Notes: generated from the sequence alone by a model not told the origin. A stretch of 64,000 bases of DNA from an uncultured Chloroflexia bacterium (GCA_963728205.1 CAVSIV010000006.1:1600001-1664000); one strand, 5' to 3'. Shown: positions 29,226-38,960, numbered from the stretch's first letter. A program made the numbers and translations.

Positions 29226-30176
29226 CTACGCGGCCCGCAGCAGCGGCACGAACACCCGCAGCAGGCGCGGCTCGAAGCCACCGTCGGTGACCATCTCGCT
29301 CAACGCCTCGTACGCGGAGCGCGTCGGGCGGTAGGGGCGGTCGGCCGTCATCGCGCTGAAGGCGTCGGCGATTGCGACGTAGCGTGCTTCGACGGGGATC
29401 TCGCGGCCCGGCCGCTGCTCCGGGTAGCCCGAGCCGTCCCAGCGCTCGTGATGGTGCAGCGCGCCGCGCACCGCCTGCGCCAGCACGACGCCCGACTCCC
29501 GCAGCCGCTCCGCGGAGCGCTTCGGGTGACGCAGCATGCGCTCCCACTCCTCGTCGGTGAGCGGGCCCCGGCGGTCGATCGTCTCGCCGGCGAGCTCGAC
29601 CTTCCCCACGTCGGCGAACAGCCCGCCGAGCGCGACGCCGGTGAGCCGCTCGAGGTCGTCGACGCCGTCGGCCGCCGCGAGCGCGACGGCGACGATGGCG
29701 GTGGCGACGGCGTGGCTCGCCGCCGTGTACGCGCCGCCGAGCAGGGCGTTGAGCGCGCCGAACGCGGCGGGGTCGCGTCGCACGAATGACGCAAGCTCCC
29801 GCGCGAGGTAGACGAGGTCGCGGCTCGCTCCGGGCTCGTCGAGCGCGGTGACGCCTGCCGCCGCGCCGAGCAGCGTGCGGTGGAGCGCCCACGCGCGGTC
29901 GTCGAGCGGCACGGCGTCGGCGGCGAGGATCGCGTGGAGGTGCGTGCGGAGGTAGTCGCGCAGCGCGCCGGAGTCGAAGGTGGAGACGTAGAGATCGTCG
30001 CCGGCGTCGCCGGCGTCGTCGGCCGCGCCGGCACGCGCGCCGTCGAGCGACTCCAGTGGCGCGCGCGCGCCGGTCGCGGTGAACACGATGAACGGCGGCA
30101 GCCGGTCGGCGGCGAAGATGCCGGTCGGAACCGGGGTGTGGCGCGCGGTGGGGAGCGGTGTCGGCTCCTCGGGCAC
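29226..30176 (-). CDS. HD-GYP domain protein (HD dyad replaced by AD)
   Basis: LFADVGK, HHERWDGSGYP and IADAFSAMTADRPYR; GAAGGA RBS. Confidence 0.85.
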   Translation of the reverse strand: MPEEPTPLPTARHTPVPTGIFAADRLPPFIVFTATGARAPLESLDGARAGAADDAGDAGDDLYVSTFDSGALRDYLRTHLHAILAADAVPLDDRAWALHRTLLGAAAGVTALDEPGASRDLVYLARELASFVRRDPAAFGALNALLGGAYTAASHAVATAIVAVALAAADGVDDLERLTGVALGGLFADVGKVELAGETIDRRGPLTDEEWERMLRHPKRSAERLRESGVVLAQAVRGALHHHERWDGSGYPEQRPGREIPVEARYVAIADAFSAMTADRPYRPTRSAYEALSEMVTDGGFEPRLLRVFVPLLRAA

Positions 30177-30258
30177 AACGGTTCCTTCCGCTGTTCGAGG
30201 CGGGGGTGCACCGGGATCATCGGCAGGCGGCGCCGGGTGCTGAACGGACGATGGGCGT

Positions 30259-30295
30259 GCCTCGAGCGGCGCGCTCGCCGCGTGCCGCTCGAAGC
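30259..30295. repeat. Short family C hairpin
   Basis: GCCTCGAGCGGC...GCCGCTCGAAGC. Confidence 0.55.
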
Positions 30296-30325
30296 CTGCT
30301 TCCGTCATGCCGGGGTCACTGCTGC

Positions 30326-30358
30326 TAAGATGCCCGGCGCGACAAACAGACTGTATGT
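30326..30358 (+). promoter_or_regulatory. -10 box and TetR-like operator upstream of ADH
   Basis: TAAGAT at 30326-30331, then near-palindrome ACAGAC-T-GTATGT at 30346-30358. Confidence 0.45.
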
Positions 30359-30378
30359 AACCCAGAGGGGGTAGGGGA

Positions 30379-31464
30379 ATGAAAGCCGCCGTACTGAACG
30401 AGGTCCGTACGCCGCTGGCGATCGAGGACCTGACGATCGACGAGCCGGGGACGGGTGAGGCGCTCGTGCGCGTCGTCGCCGCGGGCGTCTGCCACTCGGA
30501 CCTGCACTTCATCGAGGGCACCTACCCGGCGCGGCTCCCGCACGTCCTCGGGCACGAGGTGGCCGGCGTCGTGGAGCGCGTCGGCACGGGCGTGACGAAC
30601 GTGCAGGCCGGCGACCGCGTGATCCTGGGCTTCGTCCAGCCGTGCGGCTACTGCGAGTACTGCCAGTCGGGGCGCCCGAACCTCTGCCAGACGCGCACCA
30701 CGACGCGCGGACCGCAGAACCCCGCGCTCAAACGCGGCGATACGCCGGTCACGGCGATGACGAACGTCGGCGGCTTCGCGGAGTACTCGCTGACGCCGGC
30801 GGCCGGCCTCGTGAAGGTGCCGGACGGCATCGGGCTCGACGTCGCGGCGCTCGTGGGATGCTCGGTGATGACCGGTTACGGGGCCGTCGTGAACACGGCG
30901 AAGGTGGAGCCGGGCTCGACGGTCGCGGTGATCGGCACCGGCGGCGTCGGCCTGAACATCATCCAGGCGGCGCGGCTGGCGGGGGCGCGACAAATCATCG
31001 CGGTCGACCTGGTCGAGCACAAACTCGCGATGGCGAAGCAGTTCGGCGCGACCGACGGCGTGAACGGCGGCGAGGGCGACGCGGTGAAGCAGGTGAAGGA
31101 CCTCACCGGCGGCGGTGTCGACTTCGCATTCGAGGCGATCGGCCTCAAGCAGACGGCGCGGCAGGCGTACGACATGGCCCGCCGTGGCGGCACGGCGGTG
31201 GTCGTCGGGATGGTCCCGCCGATGGACCAGATCGAGGTGCCGGGGATGATCTGGCTCGAGGAGAAGACCTTCAAGGGCAGCTTCTACGGATCGGGCCGCT
31301 TCCACGTCGACATGCCGCGCATCCTCTCGCTGTACCAGCAGGGGAAGCTCGACCTGGAGTCGCTGGTGACACGGCGCTACCCGCTGGAGCAGATCAACGA
31401 CGCGTTCGACATGCTGAAGAGCGGCGAGGTCGCACGCTCGGTGCTGGAGATCGGCAGCGAGTAG
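30379..31464 (+). CDS. Zn-dependent alcohol dehydrogenase (MDR, class III-like)
   Basis: CHSD, GHE, CGYCEYC.....C, GCSVMTG and GTGGVG motifs. Confidence 0.95.
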   Translation: MKAAVLNEVRTPLAIEDLTIDEPGTGEALVRVVAAGVCHSDLHFIEGTYPARLPHVLGHEVAGVVERVGTGVTNVQAGDRVILGFVQPCGYCEYCQSGRPNLCQTRTTTRGPQNPALKRGDTPVTAMTNVGGFAEYSLTPAAGLVKVPDGIGLDVAALVGCSVMTGYGAVVNTAKVEPGSTVAVIGTGGVGLNIIQAARLAGARQIIAVDLVEHKLAMAKQFGATDGVNGGEGDAVKQVKDLTGGGVDFAFEAIGLKQTARQAYDMARRGGTAVVVGMVPPMDQIEVPGMIWLEEKTFKGSFYGSGRFHVDMPRILSLYQQGKLDLESLVTRRYPLEQINDAFDMLKSGEVARSVLEIGSE

Positions 31465-31522
31465 GAACCGGTCGGGCGCGCGGCCGGCATGAGGCCGGCC
31501 GTGCGCAACTCCCACGAACGCG

Positions 31523-31550
31523 GAAGGGGCGCCGGCGAGCGCCCCTTCTT
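31523..31550 (+). terminator. Intrinsic terminator candidate
   Basis: GAAGGGGCGC...GCGCCCCTTC followed by TT. Confidence 0.6.
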
Positions 31551-31593
31551 GCTGCCGGCGGCTCCGTGTGGATACCGAAGATCTGTTCACGTG

Positions 31594-31622
31594 TTTACGC
31601 AAGTGCCTGATTACGGTACAGT
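31594..31622 (+). promoter_or_regulatory. Sigma70-type promoter
   Basis: TTTACG-N17-TACAGT upstream of the secreted protein gene. Confidence 0.55.
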
Positions 31623-31658
31623 CCGGGTCACGCGGGGGGCTCGGACCGGGGGTGTGCG

Positions 31659-32684
31659 TTGCGACACACGGCGCTTCGCGTGTCACGTCACGTGGCGCTG
31701 TTCGCATCGCTCGCCGCCGCCCTCGTCGTTGCAGCTCTCCCCGGGACGACGATCGCCGCACCCCTGCCCGGCCCCCCGCCGATCCATCGCGCCACCGCGC
31801 CGACCCCGGCGCGAGGCCCCCTCGATCTGATCGCCGGCTCACCCGCCGCCGTGCTCGCCGCGCTCGACCGACGGCCCGCACAGCTCGCGGAGCTGGCGAC
31901 GTCGGGCCCGGCCTCGTACTTCGACGGCGCCCAGGTCGTCGCGCTCTACGGTCACCCCGGCCAGGCGACGATGGGTGAGCTCGGCGCGCACTCGCCCGAG
32001 GACGCCGCGAAGCTCGCCCGCAAGCTGGCCCAGCAATACGACGCCCTGAACGGTCCACGCGGCGCGATCGGCGCCCTGCATCTGATCGTGGACGTCGCGC
32101 AGCCGTCGCCGCAGGCGGACGGCAGCTACCTCGCGCGGATGTCGCTCGACAACATCAGGCCGTACGTCGAGGTCGCGCGCGAACAGGGGATCCTGCTGTT
32201 CCTCGACTTCCAGGTCGGCTGGGCCGACCCGCTGCAGGAAGTCGAGCGCGTGAGCCCGCTGCTGGCGCTTCCGTTCGTGCACGTCGCGCTCGACCCCGAG
32301 TTCTCGACGAAGAGCGACGGTGTTGCGCCGGGGCGCGTGATCGGCACGCTCGACGCCGCGCCGATCAACGCGGTGCAGGACTATCTCGAGCAGATCGTTC
32401 GCACGTATCACCTGCCGCCGAAGATCCTCGTCCTGCACCAGTTCATGGACTCGATGCTCACGCACACGGCGGACATCGAGCAGATGCCCGAGGTCGAGGT
32501 GACTGTGGATATGGACGGGTACGGCCCGCCGTGGCCGAAGGCGTCGGAGTACCGCGACTACGCGATGTCGGACTATGCGCGCCGGGCGGCGATCAAGCTC
32601 TTCTACCACTGGGACGAGCCGCTGATGACGCCGGAGGAGGTGCTGAGCCTCCCGAAGGCGCCGGACTACGTCATCTACCAGTAG
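31659..32684 (+). CDS. Secreted conserved hypothetical protein (VALYG.P...MG.LG family, possible TIM-barrel)
   Basis: N-terminal signal peptide; LFLDFQVG, VHVALDPEF, PPKILVLHQF, MDGYG, IKLFY and YVIYQ. Confidence 0.75.
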   Translation: MRHTALRVSRHVALFASLAAALVVAALPGTTIAAPLPGPPPIHRATAPTPARGPLDLIAGSPAAVLAALDRRPAQLAELATSGPASYFDGAQVVALYGHPGQATMGELGAHSPEDAAKLARKLAQQYDALNGPRGAIGALHLIVDVAQPSPQADGSYLARMSLDNIRPYVEVAREQGILLFLDFQVGWADPLQEVERVSPLLALPFVHVALDPEFSTKSDGVAPGRVIGTLDAAPINAVQDYLEQIVRTYHLPPKILVLHQFMDSMLTHTADIEQMPEVEVTVDMDGYGPPWPKASEYRDYAMSDYARRAAIKLFYHWDEPLMTPEEVLSLPKAPDYVIYQ

Positions 32685-32696
32685 TCCAGCGCGTGC

Positions 32697-32805
32697 TCGA
32701 GCCGGGAGCGGGGAGCGACCGGATCTTCCAGGCGGCCACCGCCGCCGCGAACGCGGCACGCGCGTCGCGACGGAGTCGATCCCATCGCTCCCGCTCCGGG
32801 CTCGA
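32697..32805. repeat. Imperfect long inverted repeat between convergent genes
   Basis: TCGAGCCGGGAGCGGGGAGCGA ... TCGCTCCCGCTCCGGGCTCGA. Confidence 0.45.
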
Positions 32806-32824
32806 ACCGGTCGCGGGGGTGCTC

Positions 32825-33477
32825 CTACTGCTTCTGCGCTCGCCGGGCGCGGTGTGCGCGGTACGCGGCCATCACGTGCTGCGGGCCGCCTTCGCGCAGG
32901 AACGCGATCATGCCGGGGAGGACCGACAGCACGATGATCACCGCGACGATCGGCAGCAGGTAGCGGTCGACGCCGGGGATGGACTTGCCGAGGTAGTAGC
33001 CGGCGAGCGCGACGCCGGCGGTCCAGATCGCGCCCGCCGATGACGTTGTAGGCGAGGAAGTGCGGCGTAGGTCATGCGACCGATGCCCGCGACGACGGGC
33101 GCGAACGTGCGCACGATCGGCATCACGCGCGCGATCACGATGACCTTGCCGCCGTGCCGCTCGAAGAATGCCTCGGTCCGCTCGAGATAGGAGCGCCGGA
33201 AGAGCAGCGACTCCTCGCGACGGAAGAGCGCGCGGCCGACGCGATAGCCGAACGCGTACCCGGCGGCGTCGCCCGTGACGGCCGCGACGAACGCGACCGG
33301 GATCAGGACCCACACCGAGATCACGCCCTGCGAGGCGAGGAAGCCGGCCGTGAACAGCAGGCTGTCGCCCGGGAGAAAGAACCCGATGAGCAGCCCGGTC
33401 TCGGCGAAGATGATGACGAAGATGCCGGCATAGCCGACGGCGCGGATGAGCTCGGCGGTGTCGACGCCAGGGATCAA
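32825..33477 (-). CDS. DedA family membrane protein (two apparent +1 indels near 33037 and 33066)
   Basis: FAETGLLIGFFLPGDSLLFTAG and R..PIVRTFAPVVAG. The frame-corrected read gives FLAYNVIGGAIW..GYYLG. Confidence 0.88.
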
Positions 33478-33616
33478 CGCGGGCTCCTCGTGGCAGCGCG
33501 TGGTGGGCGGGGACGAGCGTAGCCGGTGGCGGGCTTAGGCGAGCCGCCCCGCTCACCCGGGCGGCTGGCGCGGGGCGCCTGGGCCACGCGCCGAGCGTGC
33601 GATGCGGTCGTCCGGC

Positions 33617-33708
33617 CACAGCGGCGGCAGAGATGCCGCCGACAGGCGCGCGATGGCAGTCGCGGACGGCGCCCGCGTTGCGTCGGCGGCATGTCTGCCG
33701 CCGCTGTG
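33617..33708. repeat. REP family A inverted doublet
   Basis: CACAGCGGCGGCAGAGATGCCGCCGAC...GTCGGCGGCATGTCTGCCGCCGCTGTG. Confidence 0.88.
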
Positions 33709-33731
33709 GGGCGCAGGTGCGACCTCCGGAC

Positions 33732-33766
33732 AACGAAACGAGCCGCCGGGGTTCTCCCGGCGGCTC
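33732..33766 (-). terminator. Intrinsic terminator after ccr
   Basis: Minus strand GAGCCGCCGGG-AGAAC-CCCGGCGGCTC followed by GTTTCGTT. Confidence 0.65.
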
Positions 33767-33787
33767 GCCAGGGGCGCGACCCCCGAG

Positions 33788-35051
33788 CTACGGCATCGTC
33801 GTCATGCCCTCGTGGGGGGCGTTCACCAGGATCGCCATGTTTCCCGGCGGGTGCCGGTTCTCGCGCATCAGCTGGTGCGCCTCGCCCACGCCGGTGAACG
33901 GGAACGTGCGCGAGAGGGCCGGGTCGACCGCGCCCGTCGCCACCATCTCGTTGAGCGCGCGCGACTGCTCGTCGTTCGCGAAGTGCGAGCCCTGCAGGCG
34001 CTTCTGGCGCATCCACAGGTAGCGCAGGTCGACGTCCGCGTTGTAGCCGGTGGTGCCGGCGCAGATCACGACCATGCCGCCGTTGTCGACGACGAAGACG
34101 GACGTCGGGATGGTCGCCTCGCCCGGGTGCTCGAAGACGATCTTCGGCGCGCGCCGCTCGCCGAGGACCTCCCAGAACTTCGCGCCGAACGCGCGGGCGC
34201 CCTTCATCCACTCGCCGAACGCCGCGGCGTCGTCCATGTCCGGCAGCCGGCCCCAGTGCGTGAACGCCGGGTCCTTGCGGTTGATGACGCCCTTCGCGCC
34301 GAGGCCCTGGCAGTACTCGAACTTGTCGTCCTCCGAGACGACCGCGATCGGGATGCCGCCCATGGCCTTCACGATCTGGATCGCCATCGAGCCGAGGCCG
34401 CCGGCGCCGCCCCAGATCAGGACCGGGATCGCCCTCCTGCACCGCGTGCGGCGGCCAGCCGAGCAGCATGCCGGTACGCGGTCGCGCCGACGAGCATGTA
34501 GGCGGCCGAGGCCTCCCACGTCAGGTGCTTCGGACGCGGGTGGCACTGGGTGGTGCACCTTGGTGAACTGGGCGAAGCAGCCCCAGTTCGTCTCGTAGCC
34601 CCAGATTCTGGAAGCTCGGCGAGAACATCGGGTCGGCGCCGGACTTGACCTCGGGCGCGTTCTCGTCCCACATGCCGCAGGGGAGCACGACCTCGTCGCC
34701 GACCTTCACGTCGGTGACGTCCTCGCCGACGGCCCACACGACGCCCGAGGCGTCGGAGCCGCCGATGTGGAAGTCCTCCGTGGCGCCCTTGCGCTGGCGC
34801 GCGCCGATGACGTCGACGGGCATGCCGAGCGCGGCCCAGACGTTGTTGTAGTTCACGCCGGCGGCCATCACCTAGACCAGCACCTCGCCCGCGCGGGGCT
34901 GCGGCGTGTCGATGACCTCGACCTCGAACGCCTGGCTGGGCTCGCCGAACCGCGACTGGCGGATCAACGAGGCGTACATCTGCTTCGGCACGTGGCCGAG
35001 CGGCGGCGTCTCGCCGAGTTCGTACAGGTCCTTCTTCACGGCTTCCGCCAT
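33788..35051 (-). CDS. ccr: Crotonyl-CoA carboxylase/reductase; disrupted in this sequence by TAG at 34872-34874 and several indels at 34430-34610
   Basis: [56 protein letters not shown] and [17 protein letters not shown], spread over several frames. Confidence 0.9.
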
Positions 35052-35240
35052 GGGTGCCTCCCCCTGCGCTGCGCCCGCCCGGCCCGGGCCGGTGGCGGCG
35101 GGTATCCTACCGAACGCGCTCGTTTGCCTCGACCCGCGGTCGCGGCACGAGCGCGGGCAGGGTACGGCACGGCCCGGCGCCGCGCGAACGCGCGCGGGCA
35201 CCGCTCGTGCGGCGGCGGTGGGGCATCGCGTGCATGGCGG

Positions 35241-35380
35241 CTCAGCATCCTGACCGGATGCCGCTCGAAGCAGTCGCTCGCGGCGGAGGCGCGGCTCGGG
35301 GGACAGCGGGTCGGCGGGCCGAGTGAGCGGCGGCTCAACAGTGACCGGATGCCGCTCGAAGCAGGCGCTCGCCGCGGAGG
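35241..35380. repeat. Two direct copies of the family C right arm
   Basis: CTCA...TGACCGGATGCCGCTCGAAGCAG.CGCTCGC.GCGGAGG at ~35241 and ~35335. Confidence 0.75.
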
Positions 35381-35385
35381 GACCG

Positions 35386-35874
35386 ATGGAGGACGACGGC
35401 GCCGCGACCCCCAACCGAGCGGCTCGGCCGCGGCGCATCCGCGTGCTGGCGCTCGGCGTCGTGATCCGCCACGACCACCTGCTCATGGGGCCCGTGCCGG
35501 AATCGTCGGGCGCGACCACCGGATACCGGCCGCTCGGGGGCGGCGTCGAGTTCGGCGAGCGCGCCGCCGACGCCGTCGTGCGCGAGTTCCGCGAGGAGAC
35601 CGGCCGCGCGGTCGAGGTGCTCGAGCAGATCGAGGTGTCGGAGAACCTGTTCGAACAGGAGGGCGCGCCGGGTCACGAGGTGGTGTTCCTCTTCCGCGTG
35701 CGCTTCGCGGACGACGATGGGGTGTCGGGCCTCGGGCCGATGCCGTACTTCGAGGAGGGCGAGGGCACGCGCGAGGCCGTGTGGCTGCCGCTCGCCGAGG
35801 TGCTCGGCGGGATGCACACCGTGTACCCGGAGGGGTTCGCGGAGATCCTCGCGCGATGGATCAACCGGCTGTAG
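35386..35874 (+). CDS. NUDIX hydrolase
   Basis: Nudix box GGGVEFGE....AVVREFREETG; GGAGG RBS. Confidence 0.9.
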   Translation: MEDDGAATPNRAARPRRIRVLALGVVIRHDHLLMGPVPESSGATTGYRPLGGGVEFGERAADAVVREFREETGRAVEVLEQIEVSENLFEQEGAPGHEVVFLFRVRFADDDGVSGLGPMPYFEEGEGTREAVWLPLAEVLGGMHTVYPEGFAEILARWINRL

Positions 35875-35909
35875 GAAGTCCGGCCCCGCCCACGCCCCGT
35901 GGCATGCGG

Positions 35910-35990
35910 CAAGCGGCGGCAGATACGCCGTCGATGTGACGCGACCCGAAGGCCGCGCGCGAGCATCGGCGGCGTGCCCGCCGCCGCTTG
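35910..35990. repeat. REP family A inverted doublet
   Basis: CAAGCGGCGGCAGATACGCCGTCGAT...ATCGGCGGCGTGCCCGCCGCCGCTTG, between convergent genes. Confidence 0.85.
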
Positions 35991-36061
35991 CGCGGGGGGC
36001 GCGTCGGTGTCCACTCCGGCAGCGCGCGTGAGACGCGCCGCTCGCCGGTCGGCCCTGCGGA

Positions 36062-38431
36062 CTACTCGTCGTCCAGCGACTCGATGGCCGCGCGCACGCG
36101 CTGCTCCACGCGCTCGATCTCGTCGGGCGCCTCGACGCGGCGGCCGTTCTCGCGGCGCACGTAGAACGCGTCCACCACCTCCTGGCCGATCGTGTCGACC
36201 TTCGCGAGGTGGATGTCCACGGCCAGCGCATGCAGGGCGCGCGTGATCGCGTAGAGCAGGCCGAGGCGGTCCGCGGTCGACACCTCGAGCACCGAGTAGC
36301 CCTCGGAGGCGGTGTTGTCGACGTGGACCGTCGTCGGGATCTCCGCGCGCAGCCGCGCGTGGTGGTCGGCGGAGCCGCCGTAGGTGGCGCGCACCTCGGC
36401 GAGGCGCTCGTCGACGGGGAACTCGCCGGCCAGCGCGCGCGGCACGGCGTCGAGGATGCGGCTCCAGCGGCGGTCGTCGATGCCGTGGCCGAGCGCGTCG
36501 TCGACGTGCCAGACCTGGATCGCGACGCCGTCGTCGCGCGTGTAGGCGACGCCGCCGAGCACGTTCGCGTTGTGCGAGGCGAGTGTGCCGGCGACGGCCT
36601 GCAGGATGCCGGGCCGGTCGGGCGTGACGATGGTCAGGCGGTCGAGGCTGCCGAGCCGGTCGCGCCGCACGGCCGTGCCGCGCGGGTCGGCCCGCGCGGC
36701 ACGGATCAGCTCGATGTGCTCGGCGATGGTCTCCGGCGCGGTGCTCAGCAGGTACGACGGCTCGAGGCGCGCGGCGTGCTCCTCGACCTCGGCCGCCGTG
36801 AAGCGGCCGGCGAGCGCGTCGACGGCGCGCTGCAGGCGCACCCCCGGCGCCGTCGCCGCGTCGGGCGAGGCGCCGCCGAGCACGTCGAGCGTGCGCGTGA
36901 AGAGCGACCGCAGCAGCTGCGCCTTCCACGCGTTCCACACGGTGGGGCCGGTCGCGCGCGCGTCGGCGATCGACAGCAGGTAGAGGAGCCGCAACGTGTG
37001 CGCGTCGCCGACCGCCTCCGCGACCTCGCGGATCACGCGCGCGTCGGCGATGTCGCGCCGCGTGGCGACGGTCGGCAGCAGGAGGTGCAGCTCGACGGCA
37101 CGCACGATGCGCGCCGCCGTCTCCGGCGGCAGGCCGGCACGCGAGACGAAGCGCTCGGCGATGATCGGGCCGCCCTCGACGTGCGAGCGCTCGTGCCCCT
37201 TGCCGATGTCGTGCAGCAGCACCGCCATCAGCAGCTCGTCCTGGCTCGGCAGCTCGGCGGCGACGCGCGGCGAGTCGGTCTCGTCGTCGTCCTCGGTGAG
37301 CGCGTGGATGGCCTCGGAGACCGCGCGCATCACGTGCACGTCGACGGGGTGGATGTGGAACGGCGCGACGTGGCGGCGGCCGCGCAGGACCTCCCACTCG
37401 GGGAGGAGCCGCTCGAGCCACGCCGCGCGCGGCAGCGGCTCCAGCGCGGCAGGCCCGTTCTCGACGTCCATCTCGCGCAGCGCGGTGACGAGCCGGTCGA
37501 GGTCGCGCTCGGCGCCGGGGGCCGGCTTCGCGGCGGCGTCGCGCGGGCGAGGCCACGCGAGCCAGCGGCGGCGCGGCGCCTGCGGGCCGGCGGCGAGCCG
37601 CTCCGTCGCGGCGGCGTCGACGATGCGCATCGCGATGTACAGGTCGTGGCTCCAGCGCGCCATCTCGACGTCGAGCCACTCCGCGACGCGCGGGACGAGG
37701 TCGTCGCGGTAGAGGTCGGTCGCGCGCTCGGTGAGCGCGTGCACGGCGTTGCGCGTGGCGAGCAGGCGCTCGCGCGCGTCGGCGACGGCGGGCGGCGGGG
37801 GCGCGGGGTCGCGACCGTCCGCGATGGCGTCCGCGGCGTCGAGCCAGTGCAGCAGCTGCACGTCGCGCAGCCCGCCGCGGCCGGTCTTGAGGTTCGTCGC
37901 CTGCAGCTGCCACGGCTCGTGGGCGAGGAGCGCACGGTGCCGCTCGCCGAGCTCGGCGACGAGGGCGCGCCGCTGGCGGCGGACGAGCTTCGCGCGCGTC
38001 GCCTCGAACTGCGCGTAGAGGTCTGCGTCGCCCGTGACGAAGCGCGCGTCGAAGAGCGCCGTCAGCGTCTCGACGTTCTGCCGGCCGGCCTCGGTGACAT
38101 GCGCGAGCGTGCGGATCGAATGGCCGACCTTCACGCCGGTGTCCCACACGGGGTAGAGCAGGCGTTTCGCGTCCTCGTCGAGGCCCGGCGCGATCAGCAG
38201 CATGACGTCGATGTCCGAGTGGCGCGCCTGCTCGCGCCGCCCGTAGCCGCCGACCGCGACGACGGCGATGCCGCCCGCGCCGTGCCCGGGCGCGAGGGCG
38301 AGGAAGGCGTCGTCGAGAGTGGCCGTGAGCGCCGCGCACGCGTGCTCGCCGGCGAGCGCCAGCGGCCGCGGCACGCAGTCGGCGCGGGTGGCGAGGAAGG
38401 GCGTGAACGCGGGGTGCGCGGTGGTGGTCAT
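36062..38431 (-). CDS. glnD: PII uridylyl/adenylyltransferase GlnD
   Basis: AVGGYGR...SDID, NLK.G.GGLRD, H.H.VD.H and LLHDIGKG motifs; two ACT domains (DRPG, DRLGLL). Confidence 0.93.
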   Translation of the reverse strand: MTTTAHPAFTPFLATRADCVPRPLALAGEHACAALTATLDDAFLALAPGHGAGGIAVVAVGGYGRREQARHSDIDVMLLIAPGLDEDAKRLLYPVWDTGVKVGHSIRTLAHVTEAGRQNVETLTALFDARFVTGDADLYAQFEATRAKLVRRQRRALVAELGERHRALLAHEPWQLQATNLKTGRGGLRDVQLLHWLDAADAIADGRDPAPPPPAVADARERLLATRNAVHALTERATDLYRDDLVPRVAEWLDVEMARWSHDLYIAMRIVDAAATERLAAGPQAPRRRWLAWPRPRDAAAKPAPGAERDLDRLVTALREMDVENGPAALEPLPRAAWLERLLPEWEVLRGRRHVAPFHIHPVDVHVMRAVSEAIHALTEDDDETDSPRVAAELPSQDELLMAVLLHDIGKGHERSHVEGGPIIAERFVSRAGLPPETAARIVRAVELHLLLPTVATRRDIADARVIREVAEAVGDAHTLRLLYLLSIADARATGPTVWNAWKAQLLRSLFTRTLDVLGGASPDAATAPGVRLQRAVDALAGRFTAAEVEEHAARLEPSYLLSTAPETIAEHIELIRAARADPRGTAVRRDRLGSLDRLTIVTPDRPGILQAVAGTLASHNANVLGGVAYTRDDGVAIQVWHVDDALGHGIDDRRWSRILDAVPRALAGEFPVDERLAEVRATYGGSADHHARLRAEIPTTVHVDNTASEGYSVLEVSTADRLGLLYAITRALHALAVDIHLAKVDTIGQEVVDAFYVRRENGRRVEAPDEIERVEQRVRAAIESLDDE

Positions 38432-38514
38432 GTTGTGCCGAATCGTAGGCGGGGCGTGTTACGTCGATGTGGCGCGCCGGATCGCGACGCAGGCGGCTGT
38501 GGGCGGGTCGCTGT

Positions 38515-38940
38515 GGCGCCGCGCCCGTCCCCGGCGCACCGCCCGCCCTGCGGCGGGCGGCTGTGGCCAGGCGCCGCGCCCGTCCCCGGCGCACCGCCCG
38601 CCCTGCGGCGGGCGGCTGTGGCCAGGCGCCGCGCCCGTCCCCGGCGCACCGCCCGCCTGCGGCGGGCGGCTGTGGGCAGGCGCCGCGCCCGTCCCCGGCG
38701 CACCGCCCGCCCTGCGGCGGGCGGCCGTGGCCAGGCGCCGCGCCCGTCCCCGGCGCACCGCCCGCAGGGCGGGCGGCTGTGGCCAGGCGCCGCGCCCGTC
38801 CCCGGCGCACCGCCCGCCTGCGGCGGGCGGCTGTGGGCAGGCGCCGCGCCCGTCCCCGGCGCACCGCCCGCCCTGCGGCGGGCGGCCGTGGCCAGGCGCC
38901 GCGCCCGTCCCCGGCGCACCGCCCGCCTGCGGCGGGCGGC
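38515..38940. repeat. Tandem array, 8 x ~55 bp, each unit with a CCGCCCGCC-(C)TGC-GGCGGGCGG hairpin (family D)
   Basis: GCGCCCGTCC recurs at 38521, 38576, 38631, 38685, 38740, 38792, 38846 and 38901. Confidence 0.95.
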
Positions 38941-38960
38941 TCGCCCGTTCCCGGGACTGC

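Noticed and set aside
34872-34874. In-frame TAG in ccr as pyrrolysine or readthrough
   Set aside because: Tyr (TAC) is expected at this position, the same gene has several indels, and no pyl genes are seen. A sequencing error is more parsimonious.
38515-38940. Possible CRISPR array or repeat-protein ORF
   Set aside because: It is a pure tandem repeat with unit lengths of 52-55 bp, mostly not multiples of 3. The ORFs across it are low-complexity artefacts.
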